Origin: Chrysomallon squamiferum | Lineage: Eukaryota > Animalia > Mollusca | NCBI GenBank assembly: GCA_012295275.1 | Contig: CM022667.1 | Coordinates: 19,778,001 to 19,842,000 of the forward strand | Length of the DNA: 64,000 nt | Reading direction: 5' to 3' | Position numbers and translations under genes: made by a program | Notes under the pieces: model-generated | Told to the model about the DNA's origin: nothing | The model's database searches: none | Seen by the model: only the letters and a program-made list of their open reading frames with translations | In this document: positions 1-11,943 of the stretch, piece after piece | Position numbering within the stretch: the stretch's first letter is position 1 | Layout: every line of letters starts with the position of its first letter

Positions 1-129
1 ACGAATAAATGTATTGCTAAGCTGTATATGGTGGACCAGTTATTTGATATGTTTATTTGCTTGTTGAATTATAAACATATGTTAATGACGTGTTATATTA
101 CTTTGATAATCAATTTATGTTATATATTA

Positions 130-556
130 CAGGTTCTTGTAATTCGATCGCCCGATTTTGATTTACGAAATCTGAACTTCATACATGAAAATATCTTTTG
201 TACTGTAAATATGTATTTTTAAATGTTTTAACTCATTTTTGATAATAACAAACTGACTTAAACAATAAATGATGTATGTGTATGGGGTGTGTGTCTATAT
301 ATATATATATATAGATACGTATATGAAAATTTATCACTTGTATATAATTTAGAAATAGATCGGTCCTTTGAACTTTGACAGAATATATATATATAAAATT
401 TACACACTGTATTTTACAAGGGAAAGTAAATATTTTATCAACACGAAATATCGCGCCAGACACGTACCGACAAAGATCTGAAGATTGATAAATTTCAGTG
501 AAGAACACGTAAAACACAAGTGTCAAAACTCATAATCACAGAGAGCCAAAAGACAT

Positions 557-603
<47 letters not shown>

Positions 604-801
604 TTTTGAGTATAAAATAATGTAGGAATGTTAAAATAAAACTTGTAAATCAGTTTTTAAAATATTGACATTAAAACAAGGAGAAAAAGAAACAAGAAAA
701 CATTTGGTGGAAGTTGTAAACTCAGTATATCACAAGTAGAGGTAAAAAAATTATTTATAAAAAATAAAATAAAAATTGAGAGATCGAATTACAAAAACCT
801 G
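130..801. mobile_element. MITE/non-autonomous DNA transposon, ~670 bp, ~30-bp imperfect TIRs
   Basis: CAGGTTCTTGTAATTCGATCGCCCGATTTT at 130-159 vs AAAATTGAGAGATCGAATTACAAAAACCTG at 772-801 (reverse complement, ~5 mismatches); AT-rich non-coding interior; no clean TSD. Confidence 0.65.
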
Positions 802-1699
802 GTCTGTCTGCAGCAATGTCAGTATGTTAGCGTGCGAGTGGGACTGTGTGTTTGCTGTGCAGGTAAAAATCCATTATGCATTTATTTTTAATCCTACTTA
901 TCTAAATCAGAATTTAAAAATCTGATCATGAACAGGGAACAAAACGTTAATTTTTTTGAGCCTCTGTGGTTAACAAGAGAGAGAGAATATATATATAATA
1001 ATAATAAAATGTAAATGTAAATGGAAAAGGAATAATAATATTAAAAATAATCTCAACGTTCGACAATAAGCCATTGTTGTACGTGTGCCTGACAGAGGCA
1101 ACCAAAGCTTAATGTATTTAACTCAGATAATTATTATTTTCCATAACAAAAAACTGTAATTATTTTCCTTGGCTTTTTATCTATCGGATAAAAGCGTCTT
1201 TGACATAACAGGGTTTATCTGTGAATTATTTTGAATAAATACATGTATCAAAATGCAATTTTTTTTAATTTTCTTTTTTTCTTCAAAGCAAACAATAACA
1301 AAGTACTAATAATAATATTAAATTTATTATTGGTTCAACTACCACTACTACTACTGATTTTATTATTATCACTATCATTACTACTTTTTATTTTTTTTTT
1401 TTTTTTATAATATTGTTATTATTTTAATTTTATTACAACTATTAATAATAAAATAATATTATAACTACAACAGCTACTCTTTATTTTAGATACTACATCT
1501 ACTACTCTGCTGCAGCTGCTGCTATTACTGCTACTACTACTACTACAGTTACTGCTGCTAGTACTATCATTACTTCTATTAGTATGTCATTATTTTTCTA
1601 GTACTACTACTACTGCTACTACTACCATTATTACCACTACAACTAATAATAATAATAATGATAATATGACTAAATAGATTAAAGGCTAAAAACCTGAGA

Positions 1700-1762
1700 T
1701 GGGTTGACGTCGTTGTATGCAAGCTGACTCAATCAGCCGATAAGCTGATTGTTGTGGTTTAC
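1700..1762. promoter_or_regulatory. Motif cluster: CRE-like, AP-1, GATA, RUNX
   Basis: TGACGTC 1705, TGACTCA 1725, GATAAG 1739, TGTGGTT 1753 within 60 bp. Confidence 0.35.
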
Positions 1763-4077
1763 TAACTAAACCCACTCAGAAAGATTTGTAGTCGAGTTGA
1801 CGGCTTAGTCGCTTCTTAGAATATTCACAATAAAAAAAAAAATAATAAATAAATACCGGCATCTATATTGATTGTTACTGTCAAAAATGTACAACATTTC
1901 ACACAATACTGTACTTAGGCATTTGTTAACAACTTACCCAAACGAACTGCAGTAAACTCGACTGAAACCATGTTTGATTTCCACTTAGTAAACTGACTCC
2001 CAGGACCTCTGAGTAAATCTCAAAACACATTCTTCCTCAGCTACAAACTACACCGCCTATCCTGACAGTTCCTCGTTTTTGAAAAAGTAAACGTCACATC
2101 CCAGACTCTGTTTGATATGAAAGTGGATTTCTCCTGGACGTACATCCAGCGAGCGTAGTTTTTACCTCCACGTTTGTTACCAGTCGTTTGTCGTCTGCTT
2201 ACAGAACGCGCGGTCGTCTTGGCGCCAAGTACACAACGTCCATTCATGGACGGTCTTTCACCCGGGACGAAGAAAAGACGTGAATTAAAGCGTGTTGTAG
2301 TTTCTTTAGACACAGTGATACTGTTCAAACGGCACAATGCAGATCATTTTGAAGTGACAGAACACATTCGGTAGATGAATCAGATAAAGGTTATAAAAAC
2401 AACAACAACAACGTCGACATGATTTGGTTCATCATCATGCTGCTTACGGTGTGGGGTCTGAGTAACACTGGCAGAGATGAAAATAAAAATAAAACTCAAC
2501 CCAAGAATGTATATTCCCCGTGTACATACTAGTAATCTGAATAATGTAATAATCCTGATAACTGTGCGCGTAATGTATGTTTCTTTGTGTGATCTATCTA
2601 CTATTATATGTGTGTATCCTGTGAGTATTAATTTGGGATCGCTGTGGTATTTGTATGTGGGTGGTGTTAATTCATGCTTGCGTGAGTGAAATAATATAAA
2701 AACTCAGGCTGGCGGTATGTGAATTACAAACTAAATCCATGTAATTGTTTACTGTTCGCTTATTGAATAACTGGCGAACTCACTGAGTTACGTAACAGAA
2801 GCTGCTGTCGCGCTCTATACAGCTCACAGGCGGTCGCTTGAGTTTGTTTTATAATCTGATAACAACATTTTACATTGTTACAAATGATCGAATATACAAT
2901 TCCTCCACTTGTTTTCTTTTTTATTTCTTTCTTTCTTTCTACTCCCATTAATTTTTTCAATATATTTATTGTGTGTGTTTGTATGGATGCGCGCGCGCGT
3001 GTGTGTGTGTGAGCGTGCGCGTGTATGTGCCGTCTTCCCAGAAATGAAACAGTTGCGATATTTTATATCCTTTCATACGAATTAAAAATATACGAGTGCT
3101 GTCAACACCATTACAAAGCATATTATTTGTTCACATTACTGAATCTATTTTGTTCACAAATTCTATTTTATTATATAACAGGGATAATGCCATATCTGAA
3201 AGACATTACTATTCTGATAGTTAAATCTATTAAAAATAAAACTTAAGAATACAAACATATATATTATATTTAATATTTTTGTCATTTAAAAATATTCATC
3301 TCTTGTTTTTAAATCATTACTGTCGGACTGTGTTTGAAGACAGCTGGTTCAACGTACGCAGATCAGATGATCCAAAGAGAACTCTCCCGCCAGTTTTAAT
3401 ATTTGTTAAAATTATTTATTCGTTTAATAAATGATTGTTAAATCACAAGACCCGGACACCAGGGCAAATGTAGACAAATTACTAGGAAAAGTGTGTTAAA
3501 TAAAGCTGGTGTCATATTGCGACCACGTTTCTTGCATGTTTGAAGTGTAATAATTTTTTTTTTTTAAATCATTACTTTTACCGATATTCGTCTGAAACAG
3601 TAACAATGCACACGTGACGAAAACAGTAACAATGCACACGTGACGAAAACAGTGACAACTGAAAATAAATGATGGTGGGAGTGGGAGGGGAGGATTATAT
3701 CGCACGCACACACACACACACACGCACGCACGCACGCACACACACACACTACACTTTTTATTTAATTATTTTATTATCATTTTTTTTTTTTCCTTCTTTC
3801 TACCAAGTTGAAAGGTACAAATGATTTAACATTAAAAAAAAAAAAAAAAAAAAAAAAGATTTCTAATTCGGGTTGCCTTTTGTATGTGTGGGTCAATGTG
3901 CCCTTTTATAATAAACTTTGTCCCCCTCCTGGATTTTCCCTCGTTGAACGGGATACAAACTTTGGTTGTCAATACTGTTTAATAAGTTTTCGCTTAAAAT
4001 AATAACAGTAATACTATATGAACAAAAAAAGGTTTTCGTAAAGTACGTTCGTACGTATACATACGTTGCATAATTCG

Positions 4078-4132
4078 TACATACATACATCCATACATAT
4101 ATACACACATACATACAAACACACATACATAC

Positions 4133-4213
<81 letters not shown>

Positions 4214-4462
4214 TACATACACACATACATACACACATACACACACACATATATACATACACACACACACACATACACACATACATACATACATACACAC
4301 ACATACATACATACATACACACATACACACACATACATACACACATACATGCATACATATATACACACACATACATACACACATACACACATACATACAT
4401 ACATACATACATACATACATACATACATACATACATACATACATACATACACACACACATAC
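4078..4462. repeat. Compound (CA)n/(CATA)n microsatellite
   Basis: Directly visible. Confidence 0.95.
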
Positions 4463-5641
4463 ACTTTAATATAATATAGTAATATGATTACCGTAACCAG
4501 ACATAAAAACCAAAACAATCCGAAAACTTTGACTAAATACGAAGAAATAAAAACAAAATAAATCACTGAAATCTGTAACTTTTGGTAACACGTAATTCAA
4601 CAAACTTCATTAATTAACTACATCATCTGTGACAATATCGTCATTTAGAAGTCCTCGGAAATTAACTGTTTTAAAATGCTTCTCATTTTTGCTAAAACTA
4701 ACAACCGAATATATACACTTCATTTTGCCATCTTTTGTTCAAAATAAATACAGTATTGTGCGAATTCACTGTAATCTTCTTGCTCATAATCACTAAGAAC
4801 GTACGATGAATAATTACGTAAACAACCAACAGCAAACAAATAATAATTAAGGTAATGACACTATAAGTAGACATAACAGATTTTAATGTTTAAAATAATA
4901 ACAGAAAACTCCCAAAATATCATTATGGTCAATTTTTTTTTTATTTATATGCAGAAGTTAAGTTTGGCAAAAATGTGTTTTCTCATCTCTAACGGTAATT
5001 TCCACGCTTTCTAGTTTTAATTCTGTCTTTGCTGTGTCATCATGGCGCCTACTGACGAAAGTGTAGGGCTATGCTTTTTATAAATACGTAGGTGTTTGTA
5101 ATCTGTTCACGTGTTTAATATTCTGGGCAGAGCTGCTTAATACTATTTCATTACAGACAATAAATAACTGTGTTTTGAAACAGTGTACAAGTTAATGTTT
5201 TTTTGTTTTTTTTGCACCTGGATCGATTTATAATACAACAGAGGTAAGCTGATACACAATCAAAAAAAAAAAAAAAAATTTACATTCCACCACATCAGTA
5301 TTAGAAGTCAGGTACAAAAGATATTGCCCACACGTGTATGTGAATATTTCTTCAGTGACAGACATTATTAGTTTTCTGACGCCCAAATCGTCTTGATTGA
5401 AAAATAGGTAATGTTATTCGGGTCTCTCCTGGTTAAAACAAATTTGATATAAAATTGGAAACGATTTTCTGTTAGTTCTTCATAATTTATTTATTTTTTT
5501 TTTTTTTCTCATAAATCAACGCTTGAGATTTTGTTGTTCCTTGCAGGTGTTTTGTTTTAATTTTGTTAAGGATATTTTTATGAATGACATTTAAATAGCT
5601 GGTATTGAAATTAATACTTTTTTAAAATCAACAACAACAAC

Positions 5642-5677
<36 letters not shown>

Positions 5678-5988
5678 TTTTGAAAGCATATCAATTATCT
5701 CAGTGAAATTAAATGCTAAATATCTGTTCGCACTACATCTGTTATTGCGTCTGTTCAGTTAACTGTAGTTATTACATTAGTGTTTTCGCAGTGTGTATAA
5801 ACAAATAATTTAATTTTCCGGTTTTCTGTTGAAACAGCGTTTATTTGTGAAATAATACACGAGATATTTACAAACAAGTCTACGCGATTAACGGTCAGTG
5901 TAGACTCGAGTTCACGCTTAGTAAATGAACGGAAACAACTATTGTTATTAAAAAATAATTCTATATAGAATTTTATCTGATGGAACAA

Positions 5989-6037
<49 letters not shown>

Positions 6038-6573
6038 GTTATTATTTCTAACAAAATTTGTCCACGGACCTTTGCTGGTACAAACAAATATAACTAGCTG
6101 TTAAATGGAAATTTAACAATAAATTAAAATGAAATCTTACAGTTAAATAAAATTGATGTAACTGACATTATACAGGTAATTTTTTTTCTCTCTCTCTCTA
6201 AAGATTTCTATTTTGAAAGTCTATTTTTTTATTTAACAAATAATTTATAACATCAAATTGAGACTTGTAAAAATACCCATTTAACTTTTCTTTTTTTTTT
6301 CTTTCTTTCTTTCTTTTTTTCGCTGAAGTCATGGTTTGCGTGAACTATCCTAGAATGTAACTGACATCGGTCGCTGTGTTTCCCAAGCCCAGAGTGTTTA
6401 AAATTTCAGACAACATAAGGCCTAGATGAAATTCATGATTTTTATGTCGCATTAATATTTAGCCAGTTAATAAAACTATAATATTTTTGTTTCTTTATTT
6501 GTTTGCAGTGTAATGACTAATGTATACTTTGGAAGCAAAATAACTGATTGAAAATAATAATAATAGTAACTAA

Positions 6574-6628
<55 letters not shown>

Positions 6629-9581
6629 TTAATATATAAAAATGGCAGCACTCAGATATTTTAAAACTAGTTTCGTTTTTAAGAATGATCGATCAAATTA
6701 AAAACAAATTAGCAATATGCAGGACGTGTTTAGACTATTCCTTTGTATCACCAAGACGCTCTTAAAAGGATTCTGCATGTAAATGTTAATAAAACAAATA
6801 GTGGAGTAATGAGAAGATTCAATGTAAGGTCTTGTTTCAACTTTTATATTAACTTGGCCGTATTATTCATAATGGTATCTAGGCTGAGGGTCAGTTACTT
6901 GTTCTAACTGAAGCACGGTTACCTGAGCTCAAGGGCTGTGATGCACCCCAGAGTGAGCCGAATTACCCAGGGGCCTGGCCATGTGTTAATACCACGACTG
7001 TACAGGTTTTCGTACTATGAAGTCAAATACGTAGTTTTAATTCTTCGCGGAATTTTATTTTATTGTTGATTTAACATTTTTGAGATCTGTAGTTTTCATA
7101 ATTTGTTGAGTATGACAGAAGATACAGTTTAGAAACTGTTATCTCTCAGTTCTGTGGAAAGATTAGTTCGGTTATATTCTGTCTGGTTCTCACAAATTAA
7201 ATTTCAGAATGTATCAGGTACATTTCCAGGACGCGATGTCAATATTTTTCACCCAGCACCATTTAGAATATCGTATAAACTAGATTTATTATCACATTAT
7301 TACATTATTGAACAACAAATATGTATTTTCAGCACTTAGAAATAATATTTTAAATACATTTTTTTTGATTCCCAGTTAAATTTAACTACTTTTCTGAGCC
7401 AGCGCATGTTTATGACATCTGTTAATGTCTGAGACTTGATTTACGAATCACAAAGTTTAACTGTTTTCCTTTATGGAGAAGTCCTGAATTTTGCGATTTT
7501 AAAATTACAGTTGGAAAACGAGATTAAAAAGGAGAAAAGAAGAAAAAAAGACGAAGGCAGTAAAGCTAAGAAACACCTGCTGATGTATCTGATAACGAAA
7601 CGTAAGGATGTATTTGATAAACTACGCAATCACCATCAACAACACAATTACATCCACAACCATTAACCTGTCAGCAGGTCACTTTGTGTTGGTGCTGTAG
7701 CACTCGGCTGTACTCAGCCTTGACCCCTGCAGTCCGTGTGCACTGAAGACAACAAAACACAAAACACAAATATAGACACATTTTAATACTAGTGATACCA
7801 GAAGAAAAAACAAAAACAAAAAATTACATCTTTTTCAACAGAGTCGAGGTAAAAGAAAGAAGTAGAAGAAAAAAAAAAAGACAAGAAAAAAATTGTTATT
7901 ATTTTATTTTTGCCTTGAATTAAAAAATAACATTAATAATAACAAAAGAAGAAAAAAGAAAGAACAACAAAACAATGTATCAGTAGTTAATAAATTAGAA
8001 CATAATAATAAAAATAATAAAATAATAATTTCATGTTTAATGTTTGTGTCATGATCCGATTCCAAGGTATAACAAAAAATTAAAAACCTCAAATTTTTTT
8101 ATTTTTTTTAAAATATCACCATCACCATCAGCAATATTTTCAGTACAATTTAATACTTGAACTGATTGCTTCTGTTATAAATAATACAAAACCCAAGAAA
8201 ACAAACTATCACCCCCCCCCTGCAGTTTGTGATAATGAAACAATAAAAATCATTTTACATATAAACAAAACATATTCAGTATAACATGAATTGGCTGCTT
8301 CAAACAAAAACAAAAACACAAATAATAATAATAACAACAACAACAAAATAAATAAATAAAAACTGATGGTCAATTTGATATTATTTTTTAGAGTGGACAA
8401 TCAAGAAATGGTTTAAGTTAAATTTTAGATTTTAAATTTTTTTTTTATGATTATTATTATTATTAAAGCGATTGTAATAGTAGCAGTAATATATGAAGAC
8501 GATGAATAAATTAAAAATAAAAAGTTTGAAAAGATAAATAAAACTTCTACTGTATGACATTATGCAGTACGAAGATGCAGCAGACAGTACGAGGTAACCG
8601 ATACTAAAACTAGTATGTACAATATAAATGCTAAGTGAAATTATGCAAAAGATTATAGTCGAAAAATAAATAATTTACAATCCACATGATACATCAATTT
8701 CAACATGACATATTTACATCAGTATGATTATTTACACCATAATAATAATAGTTGTTTGATACAATTAATTTGTTCCTCACTGGAAATTTATGTTTATAAA
8801 ATATTCACCAAACCAGCCCACTAAATAACACATTATTTATTTTATTTGTTTTTTTCTTTTTAAAATAGATTTCAAAGATGAACATAAGGCCTGAACACAT
8901 TACTCATTTTCCAGTTTACATACATCTTATGTTCAGTTACTGCCGATACCGAAATACAATACAAAACACTTTTTGATGATCGACAAGAATGACTGGTTTT
9001 CTTTCATCGTGGTAGTCAACAGGAGATACAAAAAACCCTAACAGACTGAGTAAACGACTGCTTTAGTTCCAGATAATAGTTCAAATATAAGTTGAATGAA
9101 TTTACAAGGTATGTTCAAAAATGTAAATGATTATGTGAATGTATTTCACACATCAGCACATATACATATGCAAAGATACACACATAAATGCACAAACATT
9201 CACGCACTAATACACACGCACGCACACACACACACACACACTGGCTATACTATCATTCATATCAAACAAAATAGTTAAAATATTGCAAAAGGAATGACAT
9301 CTAAAATTGCATTGTAAATATTTTATGTTTTACACCATAAACTGTCACCTGTAACATTATTTTTTGTTTATGTCTTCCATTTCTTCAATTATAAAATCAT
9401 GTCAGTCATTTCAATTTTTAATTAAACATTAACTCTAATTTATTACCCAATATTTTCTCATGTTTGTTTAAGTTAAATAATGGAATTTCACAATTTAAAA
9501 GCAACAATGCAGTTGTGTATAAATATACAACATAACATTTTTTCAAGACGTTTTATAATAATATGTCATTGATGATGATGG

Positions 9582-9614
<33 letters not shown>

Positions 9615-10000
9615 GTCAAACTATTTACAAATTGATGGTGAAAAATGTTTGTTTTTAACCACTCGGCAAGGAACATTGAGAGATAATAATATAAATTATA
9701 AACACACGAGAAATCTTCATGTTAAACATACGTGACAAATATTGAAGTTGATCCAACCCAGAAGATTATTTTTCTATCATCAATAACATATGAACTTTTA
9801 ACACAATATAATTATAAATCTGTATTGTGTTAAAACAAAAATTAATTTTGTAATAAAACCTGTATTAAACCTATAATGATAGCATATGAAAGTTAGAAGC
9901 TACATTATCAGTATCTAATTTATATTATATAACATAATAATATAATAAAACTGTAAACTGATAAAAAAAAAAAATCAATGCTGAAAACATGAACACTAAG

Positions 10001-10230
10001 CAGGAATGGGCAAATTGTTTTTAATGTAGACACAGAAGCAGAGAAAGGCAATAAAATTTCCCACGTCAAGTTAAAAACTGAGAAATATTTCAGGAGGAGG
10101 ATTTAAAAAGTCCACACAGGTTAATACTGCCAGACTGTATCAATAGTTGTTAAAACAGCATGAAACAGAAAATATCTGAACTTGACTCAGTAATGAATTC
10201 AGTAAGTGAAGACAGAGTTGCCCACCCCTG
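10001..10230. mobile_element. Degenerate hAT-like MITE (~230 bp) downstream of the stop codon
   Basis: Right end GTTGCCCACCCCTG (reverse complement CAGGGGTGGGCAAC, a typical hAT/Charlie-type TIR); left end CAGGAATGGGCAAA (11/14 match); 8-bp TSD not preserved. Confidence 0.5.
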
Positions 10231-11694
10231 ACAGCGTATTTTAAAGCATGTAAACTGAAATGACTTGTCAAATTACGAAGATAAATAAACTGTAAAACAA
10301 AATGAAATGGATATTTAAACTGTCGTTGTTCAAGTTAATCACGTAATTTGATCTTAGGACTGCACGCGATGTGAATTGTTATCTGGTATAAAATATTGTA
10401 ATAATCTCAGACTACATTAAAAAACAATAATAATAAAAAAAAAAAAAAAAAAAAAGCCTGTTTGTGAAAGCTAACAAACCAGTAGAAATAAAAAACATCT
10501 GTCACATGTCTTGATGTTTTCATAACAATGGACTGAAAACATTTCAAAATTTATAATTCAAATTGTTACTGGCTATAACATGATGCTAAAAAGCCAAAAA
10601 AAAAACAAAAATCTAAAAATATACTGTGTGTTGATGAACTGGGTTTGTGTCACTTGATATTCAGTTACAAAGTATTCAGCAACAGAATACAGTCACATCA
10701 GAGTAAATATTTTTAATTTAAATACCAAACAAAAATTACTGACATAAATAATTTTAACTTAAAAACAATTTTTTTTATTCATGTACATTTTATTTAAAAA
10801 AAAGAATGTAAATGAAACATATTTAATAAATATATAATTTGTTATTATGCTAATTAGGACCCTGAATTTGAAATTGCTGAACATCATGTGAAATATATAT
10901 TTATTTCTATTTTTTTAAGACTTTATGTAACTTAAATTAAAACATGTAAAACAGTAATGTTTACTGATAATGGAAGAAATGTCTTATATCAAAACATGTT
11001 TGATCAATTTAAATATACTGTTAAAAAAAAGATTAACATGTACAATAATAAAAAAATAGAATAAAAATTCTTTTTTAAAATTGGGAAAATTCAGAAAGGT
11101 CACCTGCCATGTTTTAAAAAAATCAACTGACTTTAAATGTGATGTGCAAAATAAATATTAAAACTTCATCAACAGGCCAGCTTGTTTAGTAAAATCCTGT
11201 GTTTGTCTTGGAAATGTAAAAACAGACTGTACAACAGTTACATTCCTTGTTTCAGACCTGCATTCTGACAGTTTGTGATCTCTCTGAAAGACACCAGTGT
11301 TTTCACTGTTGTACAGTTTATTAAGACTTTCTGATGGCTGCAGATGTTGGTGACCTGTGTGATGGAACAGTTTGTTTGTTGGATAATGCTGGTTACAACT
11401 TACAGCTGTGTGTCATACCAGTGTTATTACATTACGTATTTTAACCTACAGATATCACCATTGTGTGCAATAACCTTTATGAACAAACCGTTTTTGTAAT
11501 TTATAATAATATGGCCCGATGTGATAACCATTTGATTACGTGTTTCTGTGACACTGACCTGTGTAGGTCACTGTGTATTTAAAATGGACTGTTTTCAACA
11601 AATACATCCCTTTGAGTTAACAAAAATATCTTCATTTATCCCAGTCAGGAAATCTCTCAGTCAGGTCAGTAAGACAGCAGGCACTCTCTGAGAA

Positions 11695-11943
11695 TCACCT
11701 TTTCACATCGGCAGCGTTGGTTCTGCGTATAGACCGCGACACTTCGAACCCATTCATCCAGAACGTGGCGTACGACATCAGGTAAATGAAGAGTATACTG
11801 GTAAACAGAATCATGATTGTCCTGTTTTTGCATAATTTGTAGGCCGGCAGCCGCCCTCCTGACTTCTGGTAACCAATGACGATGGCAAACAAGATGACAG
11901 CCAACATTCCTAGGAGAACTATGTTCAAGGTGCCAACGTCAGA
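11695..11943 (-). CDS. Hexosaminidase terminal coding exon 14: two predicted TM helices and stop
   Basis: Strong acceptor ttttctttctctttcAG, phase 0 matching the exon 13 donor; GC/CpG-rich coding-like composition; [21 protein letters not shown] - basic loop - [22 protein letters not shown]; TGA at 11697-11695. Confidence 0.8.
   Translation of the reverse strand, partial: SDVGTLNIVLLGMLAVILFAIVIGYQKSGGRLPAYKLCKNRTIMILFTSILFIYLMSYATFWMNGFEVSRSIRRTNAADVKR

Noticed and set aside
3594-3652. 26-bp duplication containing CACGTGAC twice as a CLEAR element
   Set aside because: A simple local tandem duplication ~48 kb from the inferred promoter; nothing else supports function.
3893-4566. Long ORFs such as MCVCMYVC.../HTHTHT...
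   Set aside because: Translations of CA/CATA microsatellite; the same applies to ORFs at 20.0-20.9, 30.8-31.1, 33.0-33.3, 39.1-39.6, 41.0-41.3, 46.1-46.4, 55.9-56.2 and 57.7-58.0 kb.
11830-11875. GYQKS / YKLC in the inter-helix loop as a LAMP-type lysosomal sorting signal
   Set aside because: Neither has the bulky hydrophobic residue required at Y+3 of GYxxPhi/YxxPhi.
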